DNA of 62,648 bases, filler included, from Kipferlia bialata (lineage: Eukaryota), in the NCBI GenBank assembly GCA_003568945.1. It is 7 parts of 5 records of this genome, joined end to end, with 100 filler letters (N's around TTAATTAATTAA, not from the genome) between each part and the next. Parts side by side here need not be neighbours in the genome. Positions count along the whole stretch, not along the records: positions 1 to 10,019 come from BDIP01000697.1; positions 10,120 to 25,588 come from BDIP01000698.1; 5 more parts are not named here. The stretch is one strand, 5' to 3'. This document shows positions 1-13,177 of this stretch, one piece after another. The notes beneath the pieces were generated by a model. The model ran no database searches. It worked only from the letters and a program-made list of their open reading frames with translations, and had not been told where the DNA came from. A program made the position numbers and the translations under genes. Within the stretch, counting starts at the first letter, position 1, and the number at the start of each line of letters is the position of its first letter.

Positions 1-48
1 TCCTTTTTTTTCTCTCTCTCCTGCCCCCCCCCCCCCCCCTTACCCTAG

Positions 49-2739
49 GTCCTCCTTTATCAGCACCAGGGTGGATCTTGATAGGTTCATAGAGGTATGC
101 GGTGGACTGTATACACTATCCGTCTGTCTTCTATATGCACACCCACCCCAGGTCCTCCGCTACCGGGGCCTCCTTCTCTTTGGCCCCCCTGGTGTGGGTA
201 AGACGACCTCTGCCAAGCTAGCCTCAGCTGAGGCAGGGCTGGCCACGGTGGAGCTCAATGCTAGTGACACAAGGTGGGTGTGCACATGTAGTCTGTTTGT
301 CTATATATCTATCCTATCCCTATATCCTCTTACTCCTCACCCCCAGGGCCAAGAGTGTTGTGGAGGAGGTTGTCAAGGTGACATGTGGGTCCAGACACAT
401 CGAGTCATTCTTCCAGACAAAGGCGCAGAAGGTATGGGGAGTGGATGCTCTCTCTCACTCTCTCATTATCTCTCTCTCTCTCCCCCCCCCCTCCCCCCAG
501 GCCGAGGTGTCAGACTCCACCCCCCAGCACAGAGTACTCATCATGGACGAGGTGGACGGAATGAGTGCGTCAGACAGGTGGGGCCATCGACGTACAATTG
601 TGCATGAATCTCTATCTATGTATAGTTCTCCCTCTGACCCTAGGGGTGGCCTTGTGGCTCTCAAGGCCATCATCGCTGAGTCCTCCACCCCCATCCTGTG
701 CATAGCAAACGATGACTACAAGGTGGGCAGATGCATATTTATAGATTAATTGGTATTGGATGGTATCTAGTGTCTGTCTGTGTCTTACCCCCCAGGTCAA
801 GGCCCTCCACAAGGGTAACACAGCAGTGTGCGGTGCGGTGCAGTTTAGGTGAGTGTATAGGTGTCTTATAGTCCTATTATTGATATATATTTGTGCTGTT
901 TGTGCGTCTCACCCAGGCGCCCCACCTCTTCGATGCTGCAGAAGAGGATAGAGCACATCTGCAGGGAGGAGAATGTGACACTCGCCAATGGTACGAAGTG
1001 TCGCAGCGTATATGTCTACCTATTGCTGTGTCTCTTTATAACAATATACAAGTATATAGCTTGTCAACTCCCCAAACCCCCCAGGTGTGCTTGACAAGTT
1101 GAACAAGGGTACCCACGGAGACATTAGGCAGATCATATACGCTCTGCAGGTTAGTTTGGGTTATTGGTAAGAGTCGTCTCAAGACCTCTGTGTTCCCTTA
1201 TGCCTCTCTTCCCTGAACCCCAGGTCGGCACCGCCCAGACCAGCTCTCTCTCCTTCGATGCCGCTGCCAAGGTTGGCTCATTGAAGTCCCTGACCAGAAC
1301 ACCCTTCGACATAGCCAACGACCTGTTCGGACCCAACCACTCAGAGGGTAGGGCATGGTGTGTATATACTACATTAGTTTATAGGGTGTATATTGAGTGT
1401 AACCCCTCACCCCAGGCATCCGAGGCATGGTCAACCTGCACTATGAGGAGTCCAGTCTCATGCCCCTGTTTGTGCAGCACAACTACCTGTACGGCAAGAC
1501 GAGCCTCAGAAACATAGCCGAGGTGGGTATGCGTTACAAAGTGGATAGTAGAGTGATCTGTCCTGTATCAGTTGACTTCTCTCTCTATAAACTCCATACC
1601 ATACACATATATTGATATTGTACACGCTGACCCAGGCCTCTGACCTCGTGTCGATGGGAGATGTGCTCTCTAATTCTATCATGAGGAAGGGCCTCTGGCA
1701 GCTCAGCAAGTGAGTATTCATTGTCTCTCTCTGTTTGTCTGTCTGAGTCTCTTCGCCCGTATGTAGTATATTACACTTTACTCGTATGTAGTATACACCA
1801 CCGACTACCCCCCTCACACCCCAGGTACCATGCCCTCTGTGCCTCTGCCCTCCCTGCCAGGTGCATAGCTGGGTCCCTGGGCATGGGCATGATGCAGTTC
1901 CCAACAGGGCACTCTAGGGTGGGTGGAGTGGTGTGACACTCATGCATACGCGTCTAGACATGTGTGTGTCTATATATCCATCATTCTAACCCAGGCCATG
2001 GGCATCCGTAACAAGGCCCTCATAGCCAGTCAGTTTGGGGCAAAGTCACTCACACACGGGCTCAGGTGCAGTAGTAGAACTCTTGGTACTGTTCATAGTA
2101 TGGAAGCCTTTGCCTGTATATTCCCACACCTCTCTGTCTCCCCCTCCCACCCCAGGATGTCCACTATGGAGTGCAGTGTGCTTAGGAGTGTCATGCAGAG
2201 TACAAGCACCCAGGACCCAGAGGTGAGGATGGGTAGAGTCCTATTACTACAGTCACACTCTCTACCCTTAACATCAGACGTGCAGTGAGCTCATATCGCA
2301 CTATGGTATCGACAAGGAGCTGTGGACGTGGCTGCTAGAGACAACCGAGAACTACAGGCTGACCAAGGTGGGACTCATCACTCTATTGGCATTGTCACAC
2401 TTATCCGAGCCCCTACTCTACTTCACCCACACTGCATCTATCCACATACTCCGTTTCCTGACCTTAGGACAAGAAGAAGAGGCCCTCTGCCGGAGTTGTG
2501 TCTGACCTGAGGCCTGATGAGACACACACCAGAAGGGGGGTGTGGGATCTGTCAATCAAGTGAGTGGGGGTATACACACACATTGTAGGACTTCATCTCT
2601 TCATATATGTGGTATCTCACCCCCCAGGCTGACCCCCGGGGAGAAGAGGAAGCTCACAGCCCTATGCTCAGTGGTCAGCAAGGCCAACGTGACTGAGATC
2701 ACAGGCAAGGGCAAGAAGCTCAAGAGAAAGGGACTCTGA
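49..2739 (+). CDS. RFC1: Replication factor C large subunit (multi-exon, 5' partial)
   Basis: Spliced exons give Walker A GPPGVGKTT, ELNASDTR, Walker B VLIMDEVDGMSASDRGG, TPILCIAND, GDIRQII and RFC1 C-terminal motifs TPFDIA, LMPLFVQHNYL, SMGDV...WQL. Stop TGA at 2737-2739. Confidence 0.9.
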
Positions 2740-2862
2740 GGGGGTGTATCGTGTTAATAGATACATTTTGTAGTGACGATGTGAGAATGTGACTCGACAC
2801 CATTATGGAGTCCAATACTGCCTTTGCCATTCCGTTGTATTGGGCAAGTATATGTTACGAAT

Positions 2863-5416
2863 CTATTCAGTCTCCTCCGGTTGTCTCTTGCTCTCTGGGG
2901 GAGTCACGTCTGTGACAGGAGCAGCGACAGGCTGGAGGGACTCCCTGTAGCGCTGCAGCTGGGAGTCAGACATACATGCACACCCTGTCACATACATATG
3001 CTACATGTAACAGTGCATGCGCATACCTTGTCCGTGTTATCCTCTCTCATCTTGAACTCAGTGCAGTTGTGCACAAAGCCTGGGGTGAGACAGAGAGAGA
3101 GGAGAGGGACACTCATAGTGTATATGCAGTACTCACCCTTGCACCACCCCATGTATAGGGTGCTCTTGATGGCCTTGACTGACAGGACATAGTCCACTGG
3201 CCCCCTCTCCCTACCCACACACAGAGTGACGCAGGAGGAGTAGGGGGGCTGGCAGAATGCAGGCTTGGCCTCTGCCTCTGTCTCCTTTGCTGCATCTCCC
3301 TTCTCTCCCTCCTCTCCCTCAACATCCTCCACTGGCTCACTGGCAGCCACAACGGGAGCAACGTATCCTGAGGTGAACGTGTAATAGTATATTACACTGA
3401 AAATATCACATACATCCACATACTCCTCTCGCCACCTGGGTTGTCCTCAAGGACAGCAGTCTCTATGACCCTGATCCACTCCTTCTTGTCCTTCACCCTG
3501 CCGCAGTTGGAGGCCTGGGGTGGGTGGATAGATGGACTGCAGCAAGGAGCAAGGATATGCAGACAAGCAATGGCGTAAGAGGCGGGGTGATACTACGTCA
3601 TATACCTTAAATTGCACGTGGAAGGAGAGGGAGAGAGGCCCCGAGGCTCCTGGGGAGGCAGCCTCCCTCTCCTGTAGTGCCCTGGTGCGGATGTCCCTGG
3701 GGGTTGGATGGGTACATATATATACGGGTGTCACTTGGGGTGATGAGAAGCGGATACAGGTATGATACATGCATACAACATATCATACAGTGCCTGCACC
3801 TGCCCATTCTCTTGGCCCAGTGCTGTGCCTTGAACTCAGTGCACTCACTGGTGTGCTGCACAGGGTACAGCCTGAGGGGTCAGACGGTGATACATATTCT
3901 GATACAGTACCATGTGACACCCCATGTACCTAGCGACCACCCCCCCTGTCACACCATCCTCAGTCATCTTCTCAAGGGCCCTGCCTGGGGGTCAGTGCAG
4001 TGAATGTAATCGTCAATCTCTACCATATAGTAGTAGTGACCACACTGCCCCACCTGGGTCTGTGGCCTCCCTCGCCTCTCTCTCTGCCTCCAGGGTATCC
4101 TCATCCACATCCTCAGTCTCGGCACCCTTCCTAGGCGTGAGGGGTCAGTGGGGGCAGTGGGTGTATACGAATAACAACTATAGTCTGTATGTACCACTCC
4201 CAATACATCCCCTGTAAATACCTGACAGCTATCCTGGGCCACCCAACAAACATGGCTCCCTTCACCTGGCGTGAGACGGCAGTGACGCAAAGTGACAGGA
4301 TAGTGGACGAGACACTTATTGAGTGCGTACCCCCGGCTTCAGCTCGTAGAGTATCCTCTTCTCCTTGGCCTCCTTGGCATGGCTGCTGACCTGGGCCAGC
4401 TCTGCTGCAAGCTGGGCCTGGGGGGAGGGGAGTCGGAAAACTTGATTTGCATTGGTGGTGTTTCCGACTTCCCTATCAACACATTCATACCTGCAGACTG
4501 AGCTTCTTGGGCTTGGCCACTGGTGCACTCTCTCCCTCTTCCTTTCCAAGAACAACCCCCTCTCCCTCTCCCTCTGCCCCTGCCTCTCTCTGTCTGGCCA
4601 GGTATGCAGCCCGTCTGGCAGCCTTCTTCTCAAGCGCCTTGGTCTCCTGGGGTATGGTATGGGTATAGAAATGTCACACATATAGATGTTTCACTGGGAA
4701 GCAAACCTGCACATGCAATCCAAACACATACACACACACCTTCTCGCTGACCCTCGTGTCCTCTATGGAGGCCAGGGTGGAGTGGATCTCGGTGTGGTCC
4801 TGAGGGGTAGGTAGGGGCAATGGGGCCTGGACTCTAGAGGAGACAGAGTATCTACGATCTATGTCACACCTTGATCAAGTGGAATGTCTTTGTGGCAATC
4901 TTAAAGGGATCATTGACACTGGCAGTCACGAAGAACCCTATCAGGTTGTCCTTGGGGTTCTTGACATTGCGCTGGGGTGGGGGAGGCAGGGGGTGGGATG
5001 TCAGATAGTAGTATGAATGGGGTAGGCTTGGGTGCGGGAGAGAGTGTATGTGGGTGCACTATAAACATATACGGGTGAGTATATATAGGTAAGAATAGCA
5101 GAGAAGGGTACAGATGGGAGAGAGGTATGGAATGAACCACGGTTGTTCAGCTACTGCGTATGTAGGGGGGGGGGGGAGGTGGAGGTAGAGAGAGACAGTG
5201 GTTGATAACTGGGTGTTACATTAGTATTTCAATTGGAAAGCGTTGCGAATAGCTGTCTTGTCCCCCATCCGATATGATACATATGATATATATGTGTAAG
5301 TGAGATGGCCTCTGGATAGTAGATACTCCGTCCCCCTACCAACGAGATTCAGCGATCCATACCTTAGCCAGCATGCAATACCGACCCTTGTTGGGCCTTG
5401 GCTTGCTCTCAGACAT
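2863..5416 (-). CDS. THUMPD1: THUMP domain protein, THUMPD1/Tan1-like (tRNA acetylation adaptor), multi-exon
   Basis: Splices to MSESKPRPNKGRYCMLAK-RNVKNPKDNLIGFFVTASVN...QLAAELAQV...LYPVQHT...SFHVQFKASN...KKEWIRVIE...VDYVLSVKAIKSTLYMGW. This is collinear with THUMPD1/Tan1 motifs as recalled. Stop TAG at 2863-2865. Confidence 0.7.
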
Positions 5417-5542
5417 ATGTACGGGCTCTCTCTCACAGCGTACCGGAAAGAGCACTGGCAGTGCTGCACTGCACCGTTTTTGTTGTGGCACAATAGTCAA
5501 AAGGGTGTTGCTGGTCTCTACCTCGCTACGTTCTCTAGAGAA

Positions 5543-8500
5543 ATGTCCTCGTCTGGACCCCCAGCACTCGATGCGAGTCAATTCCTCACCCTGGGTATGT
5601 GTTAGTGGTTTTTAGAACCCATAAAGATAGTTTTTTTGGTCTTAGGAGTAGTATTGACGACGTCTCGGCAGGTCTGAGTCTATTATATAACCATACTCTC
5701 TCTCTCTCTCTCTCCCCTGACCGCTAGGTGTGAGGGATGTGAAGCCCCCTCAGCCCGTGGGGACAGAGATCATGATGGAGGCCTTCCTGAAGGGTATCGA
5801 CATTCCCCAGGTGTGTACACTCTCCCTACTTGTCAGAATCTATATGTCTATGCGTCCTTGCCCTTTACCACCCTCACCCCAGCACCACTATGCTGTGTTC
5901 CAGTTCAGTGTGAGTCAGAGCCGGAGGGCAGGTGGGTGTGCTTGTAGATGGACGTATCTTCATGCATATGAGAGTACCACAAGTAATACAGTAATACAGT
6001 GTATCGAGTGATAACCCCCCACCCCTAGGCACATTCCGTGTCATCCAGCGCTACTCAGAGCGCCCCACATGCACCTTTGTGCCCATGGTAGAGGGTATCT
6101 GGTACATGAGGCTGGACGCAAAGGTATGAGGGACAGTATATGATAGGGTAGTGTGTAATTGGTGTATGCCCATCACCCCTCTCACCCTCCAGCTGCGTCT
6201 GCGTCGTCTGCCCCACCAGCCTGTGTTGACTGCCCAGCTCCACATAGACTGCCTGACTATCCAGGTGTGTACACACTGTGTAAACAATGTATACTTCCAG
6301 TACCATATAATCCGTACATCATACTCTCTCCTACCACTCCCTATCCTACCACTCTTCTCTGAAGTAATCCCAACAGCACTACTGAGTGGATTTGTACTGG
6401 AACCCTATTAGTAACCACTCTCTCTCGTCCACTGTCCCACCCCAGTATGAGATCTCCCCCATCGTCAAGAAGAAGACCCCCAAGCCCATGATATCCACAA
6501 CGGACAACGCACTGGTCGCCATGTGAGTGTTACTGGTGTCTCTATATGCCTCTCTTCCATTCTCCAGTCTCCGAATTGCTATATGTACCCATGTTGACTC
6601 TCTTCCTCCCCTCTCTCTCTATATACCTGACCCTAGGTACACTGTGCCCCCCAGTCCAGAGGAGAACAGGGCTAGCCAGGTGTGTCTGTGTCTGTGTTTG
6701 TATTCTTTTATATTCATATCTCTCTTCTTCCTATGACTTGCCACCTATGTTCTTTTGACGTCTTGTAGTTACATATAACCCTAACCCCAGGTCCGCATTG
6801 CCTACCGCAAGAAGATGAAGGGGAAGGGCCCCGAGAGAGCAGACACCAAGGCGAGCAAGAAGAGCAGGGAGAAGGTGGGGCTACTGGTTGTAGACTATAT
6901 CTATATTCATAGTGATGGTCACCTCTAACCCAGTCCGTTGAGCCTGAGCTGACGGGGTCTGTCATCAGATCCATGCAGTCCAGACTGGACCTCAGGAGCC
7001 CTCTCACGGTGGAGTCCACAGCAGGTATGGGGTGTGTCAGGATATGCAATATATATCTCAGTACTTGATTTATCCCTATGTCCCCCCTTACCCTGCAGGC
7101 AGTGGCGTAGACTGGTCCCACACCGTGCAGGACCAGGTGGCTGAGAGGGTGGAGGCAAAGAACAGGTGTGTGTGTACTTGTGCACTACTCCACTCACTGT
7201 TAATGATGTCCTATACCCTCTGTCTCACCTCCCAGGTGGAGATACACTGCCTTTGTCCCCGTCATGCCTGGCAAGACCACCAGTCTGCTGGTGGGAGGCC
7301 TGGAGGCACAGGTGGGGTGACAGTGGTAGTCATACTATTCATTCCCATCACCACTCAAGAACTGTCCCACCCTCTGCCTCACCCCAGACTGTCTATGAGT
7401 TCAAGCACCAGTTCCTGTCGTCAATGGGCGGCATGGGAGGTGGGGGATATTGTGTATTACTGTAGCTCCATTGTTGTCACTGTTTTTATTACTACTTCCG
7501 CCTCACCCCAGCCGAGCCCGAGAACAGCCCTGGGACCCCAGACTGGATGAGTGCCGCAAACAGTGGCACAGGTGGGGATGATGAGTGTGTCTTATTACTT
7601 AGACACCCTCTGAAGACTGGCTCTCTCAGTGTTTATAACACCCTGTATATAGACCCTTTCGTGTACTCGTACCCTCACCCCCCAGAGGCCATGGCGCAGA
7701 GTGTACTCACTGAGCTGGCCAGGCCCATAGAGTTCCAGACCGACAAGCTCGACAAGGTGGGAGTGTGTGTGGGTGTGTTGGATATGAGTTGACATGTGTT
7801 CGTAAAAGCGTTGTTGGAATATATCGTATTTCTGGTCTCTCTCTCTAACCAGCCAGATCCTACCTGAGTTCAGTATCAGCACAGCCTGTGAGGACCCCAA
7901 GAGCAGGTGGGTGCATGTAGGGTATACTATGTATACTACATATACATATACTAATCCTTACCCCCCCCCCCCTCCCTCACCCCCAGGAGTGTCAAGGACT
8001 TCCTGATCCTATCCACCACCACATCCCAGCCCAGACACTTTGCTTGCCCATCCGTGCACTACCTCTCGGGGAAGCCAGTCTGGTTCCTGCCAGGTATGGA
8101 CACATTGACAGACCCACTGGGTCATATATGTACACTCTGCGACGTATGTGTCAAAGTATCCCCTCTTCCTCACCCTCAGGATGGAAGGACAAGGCCTATG
8201 TTGGATCATTCGTCACCAGGGCACTAAGGTATGGTGTTACTCCAACAGTTTCTCAACATTCATTCTTCCAATCTATGGAGTGTCATCACCCCCTCTCACC
8301 CCCAGGGGAGGAACCTTCCTCACCATCAGACCTGGTCCCTGTGAGTGGTTCCCAGCCAAGGATAAGGAGGTGGGGGGTCATGTGTAGATACGTCTCTGTC
8401 TAATTCTGTTGACACAAATTGCCGATACAGGATATTATACTACCTATACACCATCCCCCATCCCGTCTGACCCCCAGGAGCCCAAGCTGTACCTGAACCA

Positions 8501-9929
8501 GGAGCTGGTGGAGATTGATCTGCTGGGTGAGTGGGCCACTTGTACATTATATGTATCCTATGGTACTCCTGGTATTGTCACCAACCCCCTACCCCCAGGC
8601 AAGGCCCTCCGCAGAGTGAGTGTGTCCTCTGTCAACGATGACCTCAAGACTATCATGGGGTCGCCTCTAGGTGGGTGTTGTGTACACACATGTGTTCAAT
8701 CTATCTATATTCATGTACACCCTCTTATATGCACACACCCTCACCCCAGTCTGTTTCTCCCAGGACGCCGACAGGCTTCCCGACGGATCCACAGTGGTCC
8801 TCGGTCAGAGCGAGACGGTGCGTATTATATATATATATATATATATAATCATAACTATATACATATATTTGTATGTATCAATAATCCGTGTGTGATATAT
8901 ACAACATTAGTATACCTCTATGCATATCCTCACCCCAGGCCCTTCCCATGGCTGTGCAGATGGCCACCCAGAGGGCCCTCAACACTGGCAAGAAGAGCAG
9001 GAAGATGAGGATCACCCTGCTCAGTGACGTCATAGTGGTGCTGGACACACGGCTAAGGTGGGTGTTGTACGTGTGTTGTACACTCACCCATATATATTCC
9101 TTCGACAGTTTAGTGGACTTGTAGCTATTTGATCATACTCCTCACTCCTAGGGTGTGCTGGACCTGGAGGGCAGCAGACCACATCCCAGCCACATACTTC
9201 AGAGAGCCATTCCAGGTGGATATATATGAATACAATTGTGTATGGGTCCAGATAATGGGTACTCTGTTTGTGGAACACGTCTCTCTCTCTCTCTCTCTCA
9301 CTTTCTCTCCCCCTCTAACGCCAGTATGTCCCCCACCCCAAGCGCCTGTTTGACATGCCCCTGTGGGAGGGCGACACTGCCTTCGACCACACCCATGCCA
9401 CCCAGGTCTCCTACCTGCCTGGGGGTGACTTCCTCGTGTCCCTGAGGTCCCAGGACTGGCTGGTCAGGGTGGACTACAGGTACAGAGGGTGGAGTGGGTA
9501 TAACAGTGTAGTAGTATGTGATATTAGTGTGATTACTGCATTCCTCTCACCCCTCAGAGACGGTGCCGGAGACGGTGACATTCTGTGGAAGCTCGGACCA
9601 GGTGGAGACTTCAAGGTGAGGACATGCTATGACAAAGCAGAATGAGAAGACTTGCACTGGGTAGTGGACTGTATTTTTACCCCTCACTGTCAGATCAAGA
9701 CTGGCGAGCAGGCTGCTCTCCTCGATGCCGCAGGGACAGGGGTCTGGTGGAGCCACCAGTTTGCATTCAGTGCCAGTACACTCCCAGACGGAAGGTGGGG
9801 ATATATATATTAGTATAGAGTAGCATATGCCAATATTTCTTTTATTTTTAAGTCTTCCCCCCTCACCCCTAGGCTTGAGCTTGTTCTGTTTGACAACGGA
9901 TGCCGCATCAACCAGCTGCCAGAGGCCAG
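5543..9929 (+). CDS. Bacterial-type arylsulfotransferase (ASST) family protein, >20 exons, 3' partial
   Basis: Exons give PQPVGT, ALVAMYTVPP, LLVGGLEAQTVYEF, ELVEIDLLG, DADRLPDGSTVVLG, DVIVVLD..LRVCWTW, DHTHAT, DFLVSLRSQDWLVRVDYR, GDGDILWKLGPGGDF, WWSHQ and LVLFDNG. The first exon assignment is uncertain. Confidence 0.8.
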
Positions 9930-9974
9930 GTCGGTGTCGTAACATGACATGTCTGCACACCTACTGTATATGTA

Positions 9975-10019
<45 letters not shown>

Positions 10020-10119
10020 NNNNNNNNNNNNNNNNNNNNNNNNNNNNNNNNNNNNNNNNNNNNTTAATTAATTAANNNNNNNNNNNNNNNNNNNNNNNNN
10101 NNNNNNNNNNNNNNNNNNN
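10020..10119. other. Artificial contig spacer
   Basis: 100 nt of N with a central TTAATTAATTAA (stops in all six frames). Confidence 0.97.
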
Positions 10120-10169
10120 CGACCCCCTGCTCCGTAGGCAGACGCTCTATCCAACTGAGCTACGCGTGT
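10120..10169 (-). tRNA. tRNA-Arg(ACG), 3' part truncated by contig end
   Basis: Reverse complement ACACGCG TAGCTCAGTTGGATAGAGC G TCTGC CTACGGA GCAGG GGGTCG shows the acceptor 5' strand, D-arm and anticodon arm with ACG. Confidence 0.85.
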
Positions 10170-10565
10170 ACATAATAGGTGGATATACGTACCTGTAGTA
10201 TACTACCGGAGTAGTATACTTATCATATACCTGTGAGGGATAGACTGACAATTACTGGACTATCCCACAAATTTCAATATTTTACCCTAGTGTATCACAT
10301 GAATCTCCGTGATACACGTGTAGTAAACAGTCAGATGGTGCTGATTTCCTTGAGTATGGGTTACGTACTGAATAGAAAATTGCTATTAATGAGAAGAGTC
10401 TCTCATCCACGAGTCATGGATTCCATGACCCCTACACTCATGCTGAAAGAACACCAATCTATTATGGTGGACTACTACTAACACTTGACAAACACACAAT
10501 AAATGAAAACGCAACAACACAATAACACCCCTCCTCTCTCTCTCTCTATCTCTCTCTCTACCTGA

Positions 10566-13142
10566 CTACTGTGGGTTCCTAGTCCGTACACTGGCCATGG
10601 TGTAGGTACCCCCCTTGGCCTTGCCCCTCTGACCTGGTACTAGGACACCGCCTGATATTAGTATAGTCCTGGGTTCGATTCCAAGCGGGTACAAAATGAA
10701 CATCATCTTACCTACTATGGATATCCCTCCACCGACCCTTCTGGTGTATATCCTATGTGGTGCTGATACACACGTGGGTGTGGAGGTATCCCCAGAGGCC
10801 TCCTCTCCCTCTCCCTCTCCCTCTCTCTCTCTCTCATCTTGAGGGGGAGAGAGAGTGCCACTGGGAGAGAGAGTGTGTGTACTGGGTATGAGGCACCAGG
10901 ACTCGATGGCCTGGACAGGGACACTGAGGGTAAGTACGGTATATATATATAATAATATATATACTGTGCAACTAAGGTGTATATATATATATATATATAC
11001 ATATATGCACCAGGACTCGATGGCTTGGACAGGGACACTGGGGGTAAGTACGTATATAATATATCCTATATAACTTATATAGGCTATATAAGTATACTAT
11101 ATCCAGGGACACTGAGGTAAGATTCTATCAAGAGACTGATACATTACGTGTATGTGTATCATATAGACACTACTGCAATTGATGTCGTCAGTTCCTATTC
11201 TTCTGAGTGTGTACCACCTTGTCCCAGAAGAAGTTTAAAATCCAATATACATATAAAATGTTTAAGAATATGTAGAATATATAGAACATACGATTGGTAG
11301 TACCTGTTCACATTTGTCACCATCTTGTCTCTGAACAGATTGAGCACCCTCTCTCTCCCTCTATCATACGCCATACATGTATATATACTGTTATACCTAT
11401 TCTGACTTGTCACCATCTTGTCTCTGAACAGGTTCAGCACTCTCTCGTTCAGATGGGTCGGGACATAGCAGGGGGCCTGGGGTTGAAGGTATATTGACTA
11501 TATATATATATATATATTTATGGTATATACTATTTTGCAGTGTATATATATAGGGCATCTTTCACCTGTAAGAACTCCTCCACCAGAAATACTTAGTATA
11601 TAAAGTATATATAGTGTACATATACTATATATATGTATATATATATCACCTGTAAGAACTCCTCTACGAGGTTATTATATATATGTAAATATATATCACC
11701 TGCAAGAACTCCTCCACCAGGTTACTGGACTGTGCACCTAGGGCCGCCCTGAGACTGCCACCTGGATATTAAGGGTGTAGCAGGAGAGAAGTATTAATTA
11801 AGGTGTAGAGAGGGGACAATATATATAGTACTTGTAGATGGAATGTGTATCAGAAAAGGGACAGGATATCACTCTAGCTATGTAGTATGGGAGAGAAACC
11901 GGTACCTAGTACAAGGTCCCTCTCTATCCTCTCGCACCCAGCCACGCACTGGAGGCATAGAGAGACAGTATCCCTAGCATAAGGAAGATTGATAGTAGCA
12001 CAATAGACTGAAGTAGCGATAAACATCCTTCTCTCACTGCTGTCGAACAACGTATGCTATTATATATGTGAAAATCATGAGAGTATCTTGATAGTACACT
12101 GAGTACTCACTTTGGCACATCTGCCCCCTGGTACAGAGTGGGTGTCTCAACAATGGCTGCAGCAAGGCGGTCGAGAAGCTGAGGAGTGAGAATGATGACT
12201 CAAAACTACACGAGGTCAAAGATAGAGGTATATATACTAAACGAGTATCAGTGATGAGCGTAGTGGTACCTTGTCCCCTGCCCTGACTGCTATTCTGGCC
12301 AGTCGGCGCCTGGTGTTATACAATAAGTGTCTACATGCATTGTATACTTCTACGATTGTCTGCGAATACATATAATACCTAGGGTCTGTCTGGACTGTCT
12401 GTCTGAACCCTTCCAGTCCAGATACCTACATGTATACATACTATATGAGAATCAATATATCACCTATCAATATGCATATATATACCCATACCTTGGGTCT
12501 GTCTGTACAATCTGTCTGAACCCCTCCAGTCCAGACACCAGCAGCATGGCCAGGAAGGCAGAGAGGCTCAGCTCGTCCTCGAACCAACGCACAGCCTCGT
12601 CTCCCTATGGTGAGGGGTAGAGTAGAACCATATTCACTATATCTTTGATATACAATTAGACTACATATCTACAACAACGTATGTATATATATAGATAGAG
12701 AAGCTCGACTTATCCTCGAACCAACGGATAGCCTCATCTCCCTACGGTGAGATATAGAAGTATAAAAGAAAAGAAATGTATATATACTATGCACATATAT
12801 GCGTACGAATAATTACATCTCACAACAGTAATGAACAGCGCATATGAATGTATGTATTATAGTTACCTCTCCCTCTGCCTGGAACAGTGGCATAAAGTGT
12901 ACAGTAATACCCAAATATATGTATAAAAATACATCGATACATCTATATATCCATCAATACATCGTATGTATACCTCTGCCTCTGCCTGGAACAGTGGCTC
13001 CTGGGTGCCAATATATACGATTATGATAGCCAGATATATATATATATATATATATATATGGATACTGTTTCATACCTCTGCCTCTGCCTGGAACAGTGGC
13101 TCCTGGGTGCTGATGGGCTGGGGCTCAGCTCTGGGATAAGTG

Positions 13143-13177
<35 letters not shown>

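Noticed and set aside
9975..10019. Long poly-C/poly-G tracts at most contig ends as telomeric or functional elements
   Set aside because: They are most simply homopolymers where assembly broke, and their lengths are unreliable.
10120..10693. Split tRNA formed by the tRNA-Arg 5' part and the intronic 3'-half-like segment
   Set aside because: The acceptor strands ACACGCG and CGGGTAC do not pair well, and the tRNA-Arg truncation coincides with the contig end.
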